DNA of 63,148 nucleotides, the filler included, from Collodictyon triciliatum (taxonomy: Eukaryota): assembly GCA_043381765.1 (NCBI GenBank). It is 5 parts of 5 records of this genome, joined end to end, with 100 filler letters (N's around TTAATTAATTAA, not from the genome) between each part and the next. Parts side by side here need not be neighbours in the genome. Positions count along the whole stretch, not along the records: positions 1 to 23,074 come from JBHJMP010000670.1; 4 more parts are not named here. One strand, given 5' to 3'. Of the stretch, positions 1 to 12,636 are shown piece by piece; position 1 is the stretch's first letter, and each line of letters begins with the position of its first letter. Below the pieces are notes generated by a model. The model was not told the origin of the DNA. It searched no databases and worked only from the letters and a program-made list of their open reading frames with translations. Both the position numbers and the translations under genes were made by a program.

Positions 1-108
1 AAGAGATGTCGGAAATATTTCTTACAACCACATTTGGCGCAGTGATTGACTGAACTAAGGAAGTGGGTGTTTAAGTGAAGACATTGTTGAATCACTCGTA
101 TTATAGAT

Positions 109-112
<4 letters not shown>
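1..112. repeat. Near-identical copy of 7009-7120 (intron 3' end plus part of exon 3 of the RAD5-like gene), abutting a long poly(A) tract
   Basis: Direct comparison gives 110/112 identity (mismatches at positions 4 and 59). Both copies end at an A-tract (short at 7122-7133, long at 113-200). Confidence 0.95.
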
Positions 113-202
<90 letters not shown>

Positions 203-283
203 AAAAAAAAAACAAACGAAAACGAAAACGAAACAAAAATGACAACAAAATGAAACACAAGTTTCGACGGAGCGAGCATCCAG

Positions 284-1180
284 TGGAGAAAGAGTCCAAA
301 CACACACGTACGACCACCCGTGGGAGTTGGTTGTCTATGCACACATGCTTCGCTATCCACTGCACGAACGAGTCCCCGTAATGCTTGAATCACGCATTCT
401 GCACTCAGCAGAGAAAGACGAGCACGTAAGGGAGATTAAGCCTTAAAAAAAAAAGAACGAAAACAAGGAGGAAGATAAAACAAGCAGTATCACTCACCAC
501 TTACAATATAAAGCTCGTTCAGGTCCGTTGGCTGCGTCTGGTGGCGGAGGCACCCAGGTCTGTTCTTTCTTATATCTGCATATCTGATTTCATGCAGCCT
601 TCATCTTACCTTTTTTTTCTGAACGCTTCTTCGTGTCAGATATGACCAAAAATAAATAAATAGAAATACAGATAAGCATTCACAAATCAATCAACCCACA
701 ATTGAAAAAAAAAAACCCAAACACAGGTGGCTACAAAAGGCCTTTGGAACGGCCGAGTTTGAGTTTCTGCAAAAGATTGAGGTGGATTATCGCCGGCGTT
801 TGTTTTGCATGAAGGGGAAGAATCTGACGTACGCAAACCTTGTGACGTGCGAAGAAGTGACCATTTTCAAGTAGGATTCACATCCACCTTCGACACATCA
901 CCCGACCAGCTTTCCAAAGTTTGTTCACAAACTGAAATGTTGGCAACGCAGAGCAAACGAGACGGACCCGACCAAGACAGACTTTGTGCAGACGTCGTGG
1001 TTGGAGCTGCCGCACTTCCCGTTTTCCTCGTATGTGGCAAAGTACATCGTGTCCAGCTACGATGGAAACACAAGCAAAGGTCGCGCAATCGATGCGCTCT
1101 TTATTGCAGAGAGCGTGCAGGATGGCTCCTTTGAAAAGTACCGTCGCTTCACAAACAAACCAGGCCCGACATCTGCCTGA
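284..1180 (+). CDS. PRELI/MSF1 (Ups/PRELID) mitochondrial lipid-transfer protein; start codon not visible
   Basis: Phase-consistent exons ~284-425, 523-557, 727-828, 910-1180 give HTYDHPWELVVYAHMLRYP...APRWLQKAFG...KGKNLTF...TKTDFVQ...FSSYVAKYIVSSYDGNTSKGRAI, matching the PRELI family pattern. All introns are GT-AG. Confidence 0.85.
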
Positions 1181-1499
1181 AAAGAAAAAGAAAAAAAAGA
1201 AAGAGAAAGAGGAACAATCTGGTCCAGAATCCTCTCTTCTCTCTCCCTCTCAGTGGACTACCTCACTTCCTTGAATCACTGCTCATGGTTTCGCCCCACT
1301 TTTGTACTATCTTTTGGCTTTGTTAGGAAAACAGCTACCACAGCAACTCACCCATCGCACAGCTTAATAATTGTTACAGAACTCGATAAACTTGGCTTTA
1401 TATTGCATCGATTTGTAAGCGATATGATTAATTTTAATCATTGATAATGTTGATGCTCATTATGATGGGTTCAAATACAAGAGAGAGACACACCCACTA

Positions 1500-2472
1500 C
1501 TATGAAAAAAGCATCCGCAGGTCTTCAAGACGAAGCTGCCTGAGCTCAGCGGAATTGCGTGACAGGGCCCCGTGAGCCAGCATGCGCTTCTTTTCTTGCA
1601 GCTCCAGGATTTTGTCCTCAATCGAGTTTTCGATGATGAGGCGGATGACAACAACAGGTCTGGTCTGGTTGAGGCGATGGACTCTGTCGATGGCCTGCTC
1701 TTCTGCGGCGGCTGTGATTGTGTTGTGGAGGGGCGTATGAGAAGCTCGTGGCATAAAGGATTGTTGAATGACGGGTTACGCACGGTTCCACCACGGGTCA
1801 ATCATGAAGACGCGTGATGCTTCTGGCAAGTTTAGCCCAAGCCCACCGGCCTTCAAGGATATAAGGATGACTCTGCACGCACATCGCAGGAATGAAATGT
1901 CATTAAAAAAAAAAATATGTCTAGCTTCTGTTTCCTTTTAAACACTTCAAATAATGATATCGAAATATGCGCTTGAGTAATTCCACTCCGCACATAAACG
2001 AGAATGAATGCCTTTCTCATTTTTTTCTTTTCATTTTTTTTATATACATAAAGTCATTGTAATATATACCGTAGAGTCTGAAAGAAGGTGTAGTAGAGAC
2101 AGAGGTGACACTTACGAAATGTTAGAGTCCGTCTTGAACTGCCGAATCACGGTTTCTCGCTGGCTCTGCGACATGTTCCCATCCAAGCGGGTGTAGTTAA
2201 TACGAGCATTCGAGAATGCAACTTCGACCAAGTTAAGCTAGTTTGTTATAATATCACTGTGACTTGATTGAAGTAACTTATACGGTTATGATAAGAATAA
2301 GGTCGAAGAAAGCGTATTAAAACCAAGGATTAGGTGCACACCATTCCAGTCCATTGGGAAAAAACAATGCTTTTAATCGATCGGTCACTTTGGCGTATGT
2401 GGTGGAGCTCTTTCATCAAGGCACTAATCTTTGTGCTTGTATAAAACCCTTCACTCGACTGTGTCTATTACA

Positions 2473-2503
<31 letters not shown>

Positions 2504-5500
2504 TTCCACACATGCTTACTATTAAACGACAAAGGGAACCCCCTATCTCTTTTGTATACATTTTCATAGGCATTTTTCGTGAGATAAAGAAAACGAAAAC
2601 GAAAACGAAACCTTAAAATCGTGTGTACTTGAAACCTGCTGGGGTGTCTCTACTTCTATAACTTTTTTTCCTTTGTGTAAAATAAATTAAATGATTTTCG
2701 TCTTGAATAAAGCCTTTATCATCACTATCATTGAATGTATGCAAAGAAATCTCTCGGTCTGTCAAATAACCTTGTGTTTGCTGAGAACAAACCGGACATG
2801 TCAACATGTTTCCTATCAAGTATGAATATAACACGCTCTTTTTAGTTGTAAGCGAGTGTTTTGAAACGGACCAAATTTGGTAGCATCAGTATATCTTTTC
2901 TTCCTCTCCATTTATTCAACAAGACTAGGATGATATGGCCTTGGTTTAATAGCCTCTATTTACACATTATCTACTTGATATTGGCGGTGTGTCTGTATAA
3001 CATCGGTGTATCATATTTTATTCATCAAACCTTCTTCGACAGCAAAGCAATCTGGACAGATCAGGTGGTCACACGGATAGCGCATTAGTTTCTCGACACA
3101 ATCGAAGCAGGCTTGACACGGGGTGTACTCTCCCATTGCTTGCATGTCCTGTATATATATTAAAACTCCTGAATTACTTTCATGGAAAAAAAAAAGGAGA
3201 GAAATAACCGATGGATTTATGAACCAGACTATAATTGAGTTGTCGTGTTTGCTACATAAAATATACCTTATCAATCAATAATCCTGGTAACTGTGCCTCA
3301 GATGACAAGAAATCTTTTGAAACACTTCTAGTGTTTGATGTTCCTCGAGCGTAGCAAAGAAAGGGGTGATTGCAGGCCTGGCGAAGTCTGAGAAGGAGCT
3401 CCAAAATTACGCTGTAGTTTTTGAATATGGTTCCTGCCTGCAAGTTTTATGATTTGCATGTAACATACCCTAAAATTTTCTTCGTCTCACCAAGCCAATT
3501 ATTATGAAGGAGAATGCATATGAAGTTACATATGGGCATTATTTATGTGGTATAGTAACCTCTGAAAATGATTCAAACTTCACACGCGAAGTAGACCACA
3601 ATAAATGATAAAATTGGTTTTCTGTTTCGTCAAATGTGTACCGATGTATTTTAACCTGGGAGTAAAGTATATATCATTTCAAATAATTTTATCCTCAAGA
3701 TTGTGAAAGGATGGTGGCTGAATGACCACCAATTAGGATTATAGGATGGAATTATATTATTACGGAAGTATAGTAAAACAATATTTAATATCAAAAATCT
3801 TACAACTTTGGGTGACATACAGACGATAGGTTGGTCTTGCACTTTCTGATCTTTCGTTCGGCGCAAAAGAATCCACCGAAGAATATTCTAGTTAATATGA
3901 TAGAATTTTATGAAACAGATGCTCTATTTTAAAGATAACACCATGGTAGGAATAAAAAAAAATCTGTAAACTCTTTCAAACTATTTGTGTAATGGAAGAA
4001 TGTTGATACCTGCAATCTGGTAAGCCCTTTCATATCCTGAGCTCTGATCGGCTTTGTAATATATTGTGTCCACCACCCAAGCCTCCCTTACAATAATTGA
4101 ATGATAGATAAATACAACTCAATGTCCAAGAATCAAAAATGATAAGCCTTTATTTTTTTTCCTTTATTCGACTTAAAGAATATTAAGCCTGCATTAAATT
4201 TTGCGTCGTGCAGGGCTAAAAGCAAGTGATTTTTTTTTTTCGTACAGAATTTTCAAGCTACTTACCATATGGCTCGAGGCGAAGAAACTGAATCAAGCTA
4301 AAAATGTCGTCCAGTTTATTCTGGAGTGGGGTTCCTAGAAGCCGAGTATGAAATTGAAATGTATTGCCCAGACACAAGTTACCAAAAGTATAACATCACA
4401 AATAATGATTCCCTCTTCCTATCAATTTTCTTCTTCGTTTTACACTTTTATTAAAGAAAAAAATTAAATATTGTAAATCCGCTGAAAAGTTACCAGTAAC
4501 ACACCACCGGCTTTCTGCTTCTAGGCTTGCTGCGGCACGTGCACTGCGCGTAGTCCTATCCTTAATGATGTGTGCCTCGTCCAGAATTACACGGTACCAC
4601 CTATCTCATAGGACAGTAAGTGAATGTTGATGTCTTGTTTTAAAAGGACAATCCTTTTATATTAGTTTGGCGAGTATCCTTCAAAAAAGTATACGAATTG
4701 AAAACGGACTTGATTTTTTCTAATGGAGCAACAGAGTTTAACAATTTAGGATTGTTGCCAGGGATATGGCTATTTCTGGATTATTAATGTGATATAAGAA
4801 AACATGAAAGAAAATAATAGTCTTATAGAATTCGAATAGAGGACATATAGTCATATGTATGATTTGAATGATGTATGGGGATGAATCAAAGTACATTACT
4901 TGTCATCTATTGAGTATCCCACGTGTTCGGTTGCAAGGGTTGAATAAGTAGTGATGACAATATCAAACTGGGATAGAAATATGGGGTCTTTCTTTCGAGA
5001 CCTGGTATTTAAAATCAGTTTCGAAATGGTTATAACAAACAAAATTTCTGTGGATGGCATCATTTTTATCTAAGCTGCTCACTATTATGTCTCCATTAAA
5101 TGAATGATAATTATTGATGATACTTGAATCAATCTAACCCTGAATGGTATGAATAGATTGACAGGCCTGGCTCCAGAGTGGACCGTCGAATCTCAGCCGC
5201 CCATTGGTCCATTGTTGTTAAAGGACATACAATCAAAGTACCTTTCGAGTAGATGTGGGAAGCAAAGTCTCCTGCGAACATTTTTTTTTTATAATAGAAC
5301 GTTCAGCAATTGGAAAAATATCAATAAACAGTACAGTATGTACATGTGCATATATCTATAGACTCATACTTGGAGGGATACTTGGAGGAATGCAAGAAAG
5401 GCTTGGATTCGAAACTATTAATGCGATCATTTGTATAGTCTTCCCCATGCCCTGTTTCAAACCAATGAAATGAAATGCTTTTTGTATTTGAAAAAAAACT

Positions 5501-8107
5501 TGTTGGAACAATTCAATATATAATGTAAATAAAATCGAATCGAAATGAATGTATAAAAGAATAAAACCTGTTCATCAGCAAGAATCCCACCTCGAGAAAG
5601 ATAGTGTTCGATCTGACTGACACCGGACGATATTTGTAAAGTCGATCCACGGTTGCCGACCTATTTTATATGAACAGAAAGGGAAGAAAAAACTTGATTA
5701 AAAGCATTCTTGTGATAATTATACGGGTTTATACATATTGAGCATGACTACAAAACTCATAAATTGACAGATGAAACTGGTAAATAAAATTACTAACATT
5801 AAGCATTAAGCATTAATAAATGAAAAAAAATAAGAATATTCGAGCCCACTTGAGGAGACAAGAATGAGAAGCTGCATTGGCTCATCTGTGTGACATCCTT
5901 CTGCTCGGGATTCGCTGATGCTCGTTTCAACACATTTTCTCGATTACACCTTGTTTTTTTTTAAAAAAATATATATAATCGTTATAATTGTATTCATAAT
6001 ATTACGTTTTTCAGGAAAGCAAACAAGTTTCCATGTTCCTTTAATTGATGAAAGAGAATGTTTATTATACATCCAAAACAATGCTTGCTTCTGGTAGTGG
6101 TGAAGTTTCAGACAGAATCGAGGATTGGGCTCCATGGTTTCACCAAGGTCATCTGTCTAAATAGTGGTAGTTGCCTCATAAAATTTTGGACAAAATGTAA
6201 ATAAAAAAAAATAAAAAAAAGTTGAGAGTAGCTCTTTTCTTATATTTGTGCTGATATATTCAAATACCAATTACTATATTTCCTATGTAATTCATCGTCT
6301 TTGAATCAATTAAAAGAAAGTTAGCATGCTTTGTATCAGAAAAATAAATAATCTCACCTGGAAATCTGTCAAAAGGTTTTCTATTTTTGGATCTGATGAA
6401 TAACCAGGTACTGGAACATCAGAAGTGTTTTGTAAAATTTTGCTGAGATGTTCGGCCGAGTATTTGAAAATAAATCAATGCATAAGTCAGTAAATGATAA
6501 ATTCATGTTTTTTTTTATTTTTGTTTTTTGCTTTCGAAATGGACAGAAAGTTGTATTTACATAGAGGAGGATTTTTACATATTGTCAGTTGGTATGTAAT
6601 ATCCGAAAGCTTGTTACCACCTTCCTGGCATAGGTGGATACGTGATTGATCGACTCAATGGAACCCGCGAACGAAGCGTGGTTGGTCGTTTGGCTGGATT
6701 TTCATCTTCCTCCTTGTTCGTTTGAGTCTCATAGCCTTGTATTGAATTACTGGATATGATTTCTACAGTTGCTCCTTTTCTTGGGGTAGAGCCTTTTGGA
6801 ACATAAGATCATAGTCAAAGTGGCAAATTTACAAGGCGCGCCATTTTATTTATTTTTAACTATGCAATTGTATTTTCCACCAAACTAAAAGTAGTCATAA
6901 TTTTAGGAAATGATACGAAAATGATTCAAACACCTATATTGAGCGGCGCTGATATATCCGGCTTCGAATGATTACTAACGCTCAATGTTGGCTTTGCATT
7001 TAGACTGAAAGGGATGTCGGAAATATTTCTTACAACCACATTTGGCGCAGTGATTGACTGAACTAAAGAAGTGGGTGTTTAAGTGAAGACATTGTTGAAT
7101 CACTCGTATTATAGATAAGTTAAAAAAAAAAAATCCTGCAGCATGGGCCTACTATGGAAGAACTTTTGGCTCAAAGAAACTAAATTTCACCTTTCATCGC
7201 AGTCGGTCGATAGATATCACTAGGAACAACACCGATAGGAATCTCAGGCCCTCCATGTTCTAAAATAATTGATTGAAAGCAGGGCAGTCGGATCGATAAT
7301 GCAAAAAAAGGATTAGAAAATTATCAGAAATATCAAAATATAATCAATTATTGAAATAAAATAAAGAGGAACCAAATGGAATGATTAAGCTAGATGAGTG
7401 CTAAAAGAAAAATATTGCTGATAATCACTGCGCAGCATTTAATAAAAATAAATATTATAATATGCGATGTCAAACTATATATTGTATCGTATTTGCATGT
7501 CCATACCCAAGCTGACAGATCTGCGAGGTATCTGTAAGTTTCTTGTTTGCGATATGAGCGATGTGGGAGGCAGGCTCGTTTTCGAGGTAGAGATGCTTGA
7601 ATTGATTAGTGAGTGGGTTGGCCATGTAGGCTGCAAAAAGGGTGGCTGTGGGGGCAAGTGGAGCGAAGCCTGCGTTGGGGGTGTTTCGGTTTTGACCAAG
7701 CAGCTTCCTTCGGCCCGAACCATTTGTGACACTGCACTTTGGCCTGTAAAGAATTCCGAGTCTGTTTGTAGTGGAGAGCTGCGTGTCCTTGGTGTGCGGG
7801 CAACGGGCGTGTATGAATGTATCTCTGAGTCGAACTTGGGTTCGTAATGCGCGTTTTCGTCAAAGTATTCGTTTTGCCATATTGAAGAAGGCTCGCACAA
7901 TTCTGAAGGATTCAGGGTGTGCAAAGCGGAGCGTGTAGGCGAGTGGGCCGTACGAAGGAGCGAGGAGGACTGTGTGTTATGCAGAAGCGAAGATGGGGCA
8001 GGGCTAAAGCGAGAGTCATTTTCTGTTTGGCTTCCAAAGTCGTGGGTGTCGAATGAAAAGGAACCAAAGAAATCCTCGTTGTCACTGCCATTGTCAAAGG
8101 GCTCCAT
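1500..8107 (-). CDS. SNF2-family helicase with RING finger (RAD5/RAD16/HLTF-like), multi-exon
   Basis: Motifs [60 protein letters not shown], a RING ([17 protein letters not shown]), [41 protein letters not shown]. First exon is ORF 7475..8107. Confidence 0.93.
4153..4178 (-). mobile_element. Degenerate copy of ~28-bp A-tailed micro-element in a RAD5 intron
   Basis: Reverse complement is CTTTAAGTCGAATAAAGGAAAAAAAA. Flanked by an imperfect 15-bp direct repeat, AATGATAAGCCTTTA (4138-4152) / AATATTAAGCCTGCA (4179-4193). Confidence 0.6.
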
Positions 8108-8366
8108 CTTCTGCGCTTTTCTGGTGTGGCCTGCTAAGGAAAAAGGTCTTTGTTACATTTCATGAAGGTTGAAGGAATAAAGGAAGACATCTGAGAGACA
8201 GGCGGGGATATTATAATGATTTCATTGTTTTGGTGAGAGTGGGGTTTATCGCTGTTGTCTCAGAAGCACCGATTATTAGCCATTATCAATTTTTTTTCCT
8301 TTGTTTATTTGTCCTTTCTTCAGCTATTCCTCCGTGTTGCCTCGTAGTGATGGTAGCAAAAAACAA

Positions 8367-8426
<60 letters not shown>

Positions 8427-8698
8427 AAAGATGACATTCGCGTGTGCATCTCTGTTTGTCTTCCTTCACAAAAGCCTGTTCAGCAGCGATCACCGCTCAT
8501 CAAAAAAAAAAAAAAAAACACAAGGCGAGTGATTCGGCGAAGACTCCTGAGGCGAAAAACGAGAAGGCCTCTTATTCATACTAAATGTGGATTTTATTCT
8601 TCAGCTAAGGGAAGCGAAGAGATTGCCAAGGAAAGCCCGAGAAGGACACGCCTGCACAAGGAGCTGCGTTTGACTGCTAACAGGTTGCATTGTGAGAT

Positions 8699-11600
8699 AT
8701 GACAGGGAGTCTGAGTGCAGCTGCGTTGAGTCGCTTGTTTTGTTTGCGAAAGACAAACACACTGCTTCTCGTTGTCTTGTGCGTGGCCTGGTCGCTGGGC
8801 TTTGTGTTTATATGGATTACGGACCTTGGCTCGGGGAGAATCGTCGCGCGGCCGGACGCCGTGGTCAGCAACGGCTTTGCATTCCTTGGCCCGCCTGAAC
8901 ACCGCTCCGGATACTTGCAAGGACAAAATAATCTGGCAGAAGAGGCTCAAAAGGGTTCTCCTTTTCTCCTTTTCTCCTTTTCTCCTTTTCTCCTTTTCTC
9001 CTTTTCCTCTTTTCTTTGTCTTTTGTCGTTTGTCTTTTGTCTTTTGTCTTTTGTCTTTTGTCTTTTGTCTTTTGTCTTTTGTCTTTTGTCTTTTGTCTTT
9101 TGTCTTTTGTCTTTTGTCTTTTGTCTNNNNNNNNNNNNNNNNNNNNNNNNNNNNNNNNNNNNNNNNNNNNNNNNNNNNNNNNNNNNNNNNNNNNNNNNNN
9201 NNNNNNNNNNNNNNNNNNNNNNNNNNTCTTTTGTCTTTTGTCTTTTGTCTTTTGTCTTTTGTCTTTTGTCTTTTGTCTTTTGTCTTTTGTCTTTTGTCTT
9301 TTGTCTTTTGTCTTTTGTCTTTTTTTCTTTATTGTTATTGTCATCGTTTTTGCCTTTTTGTGTCATTAGCCGGTCTTTTTTATTTTTATTTTGTTTTTAT
9401 TTTGTTTTTATTTTGTTTTTATTTTGTTTTTATTTTGTTTTTATTTTGTTTTTAATTTGTTTTTATTTTGTTTTTAATTTAATTTAAGATGACATTAAGA
9501 ACCTAGTTATATTTCCCATATGATAATAATGATAATTTTTTTTTGGTTTCTTTTCAACAGTATGATAATAATGATAATGATAATGATAATAATTCGTTTG
9601 TTCGATTCAAAGAATAATAGTAGCTGACCCCATTTTGCAACATGTAGCACCTGCTCATGATGGCTTATTTTATCTTATATAATTGTTTGTTCGTTTGTTT
9701 ATTTTAACTCGCCAACCAAATATAATAACCAAGGTGCTCGCCTCTTACACTCTGAAAGACCCTCACAAACATATAGAACTGATAGCACGGTAATATCAAT
9801 ACCTAAATTCGATTTCCTACGTAAATCACATGTGCAATCTCCCTGTAATAAATAAAATCTTAAATTAAACTTTATCAGCTGGACAATTTACACTTTGAAG
9901 AGCTCCTTAGAAAAATTGTCGATCCTTCAACAAACTCCCTTATTGTCACATTCACAAACTCTGGATTTATCGAATTAACTTACAATTGGTTGGCATATTT
10001 GAAGTTACTCGGCCTGAAAAACTATCTGATCGTCTGTTTTGACGAATTGGCATGCAAAAAGTTTGTTAGTATATGCTTGCATGTGCCTATATCGATCGAC
10101 TAAATATTTTGTGACAGATTGAATGACTACGGGGAATATAACTGTTATTATAATCAATCTGCTGGCCCTCTTCCGACAAAACCAGAAGCCTATGGTTCAG
10201 AAAACTATATAAAGTTGGTAAATTGGAAGCCAAAGTACACCCTTTCTCTAATAAAAAGAGGTAAGCATATGGCATCTACCAATTTTGAATTGAAATTTAT
10301 TTGTGCACCAATTTTTTACACTATCCCTTTTTTTTTTCAATTATTATTCTCAAACTTATGCACTCTACCTTCTATTGATATCCTTTATGCTATTCGGTAA
10401 GGCTTTACCTTTTCATCGTAAACATGGCATTTGTACTTGAAGATGCATCGTATATAATCGACTCTCAAACATGCAGGATATAACATATTGGTCACTGATG
10501 TTGATACTATTTGGAAGCATAATCCTTACAACTACTTGCTTCAAACTTGTGACCTTGAAATCGAAGTTGATACAATTAATTATCCAAAAATCCCAAGAAA
10601 CTACACCCTGTCATGCATGAAGCGGAACCCCTCTGTTTATTTGAGGTTTTCATATCACATTAACATTAATCCCCACTATATATTATGTATACTTTAAGAA
10701 TTCACGAAATATAACTAGTAAAATCGTAGAAAACATAATATGATATTTCGCCAACATATGTTTCTTACATCTTATAAATAGCACTGGTGTCTACTACATG
10801 AAAAGCAACCTCCGCACGATATCCTTTGTGCAATCGCTGATAGCGTACCAAAGCAATCCGAATTCAACATTCTTTGACCAACCCGCTTTTAACCACGTCC
10901 TATCACAGCAAAATCTCACCATTCGGGCGCTTACTCCGCTTCTTTTTCCAAGCGGGCATCACTTTTTCCTGCAAAAACTTCCCCAGAGACATCATGCATC
11001 CCCATTTATCATACATAATAATGTCCTTGTGAATGGAGACGAAGCAAAAAGACATAGGTACTTGTAGGGGCTTAGTTTTCATGCTTTTTGAAGGCTTTGG
11101 TGACTTCAGTTTGATAAGAACTTTATGGAAACAGAACCCGCCAATGCCTTCAAAACATTCTATTATGTTGGTGGACCAGTGTCATTATGATATATGTAAT
11201 ATGAGTTTCTTTAAAAAAAATTTTTTTTGTAGATTTCGTGAATATCATTTTTGGATTGTCGATCCTGATAAATACTATCAAGGCAATTTCATCACAATCG
11301 AGACACAAGCAGAGTAACCATATTTTCAACTAGCATATATATTGGATGGTTTAAATATGTAGCGAGCTTAAAAGAACCATATGTCATCCAGTTCATGCGG
11401 CAGTGTACTAGATGATCTTAAAAATGGACTGGCTTTAGCCAAGGTGCTCAACAGAACATTTGTTTTACCAACATTCAACTGCAAGGCCATCTGTGTTTGT
11501 TCCTCGAGATGCATCACACGAGTTTCTCATTACATTCGCCCACCCTGCTTCATGAGCGATTTCTTCCAGATGGACTTGGTTTGTCACGCTACGGCGCAAC

Positions 11601-12262
11601 TTTCATCACAAATCTCATTTTCTCTTATTATTTATTTATTTATTCATTATTTATTCATTTATTTTTTTATTTTTTTATTTTTTTATTTTTTTATTTTTTT
11701 TATTTTTTATTTTTTTTATTTTTTATTTTTTATTTTTTATTTTTTATTTTTTATTTTTTATTTTTTTTATCAGTAACACCATATTTAAATATATAATATT
11801 TCTGCATCATGCAATCACTTTCATTAGTTTGGAAAAAACTTCCACTATCGGGAACACGCCTTTCTCTCACACCCTCGAGCAATTAACTTTTCAGACCCGG
11901 TGAACTATCGACGAGTCCATATTTCACTCCCAGGTGAAGACTCGGAAAATTTGCTTAGATATCGTTCGTCAGCGATATACACGCCCGACGCGTCTACTTC
12001 GTCCGGATGGTCTTTACTGAATATGACGACCCAGCGCGTCTTCACTCTGGAGGCAAAAAGCTTCAGTGGAGTTGATGAGATTGAGGCTCGAAATTACTTT
12101 GGACAGTTTAAAGAAGTTCCTTTGTTAGTGTTTCGCACAGCGGGTGGTCGGTTCAAAGGGTTTAACAACCGGACTGAAGCTGCGGATTTCACCGACATGG
12201 CCAGAGACTCGTTCAAATTTTTAGAATGTAGTAACCCACACTGCGGGCGTCATCAAGTTTGA
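8699..12262 (+). CDS. Type II membrane nucleotide-diphospho-sugar transferase (GT77/Nucleotid_trans-like) with a C-terminal LALAKVLNRTFVLP domain
   Basis: N-terminal TM anchor (LLVVLCVAWSLGFVFIWI); IVTFTNSGFIELTYNW; DxD motif VTDVDTIW; TGVYYMKSN; DQPAFN; LFPSGHHF; IIHNN; LKNGLALAKVLNRTFVLPTFNC. Confidence 0.82.
9010..9320 (+). repeat. (TTTTGTC)n microsatellite in intron 1 of the glycosyltransferase (spans an N gap)
   Basis: Perfect heptamer array visible on both sides of the gap. Confidence 0.95.
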
Positions 12263-12636
12263 CGAGTATATGCCGTTTACTTTGGGGTATATCTCTCACT
12301 CTTCTCTTTTTTCCAAACTTTGTTGTAGAGGAGACGCGTAAAATGTCAGTGCGATGAAAGAAACTGGGTTTCCTGGTTATTTCCATGGTCATGCTCTTCT
12401 CGCTGTCATAAATATGCGGATAACACAGAAATCTCTTTTCTTCTCTTTTCCAACATCGGTTTTAAGTCGTTATGTTTTTTTTTTTTGTTTTTGTTTTCTG
12501 TTGTTTTTTATTGTATTTTGTGTGTTTTATACTGCTATTCACCCCGGAATTGAGATATCCCATGACGCTTCGCCCAAAAAAATTGAAATTTCTCAACACT
12601 ACGTTGTTTTTCATTCTGTTTGTTCTAACGAAAATA

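Noticed and set aside
311-560. Apparent minus-strand exons that could splice in phase onto the duplicated RAD5 exon (chimeric gene)
   Set aside because: The same bases encode a clear PRELI protein on the plus strand, and the minus-strand model has no credible upstream coding exon.
4601-4694. U12-type intron candidate (donor GTATACTTT) in RAD5
   Set aside because: Mismatch to GTATCCTT and no TCCTTAAC branch site; it splices in phase as an ordinary GT-AG intron.
8699-9487. Long low-complexity ORFs (FVFCLLS, QTDR, YIHT, KDGK, HHTTP etc.) in the ORF track
   Set aside because: They are translations of intronic microsatellites or N gaps, not proteins.
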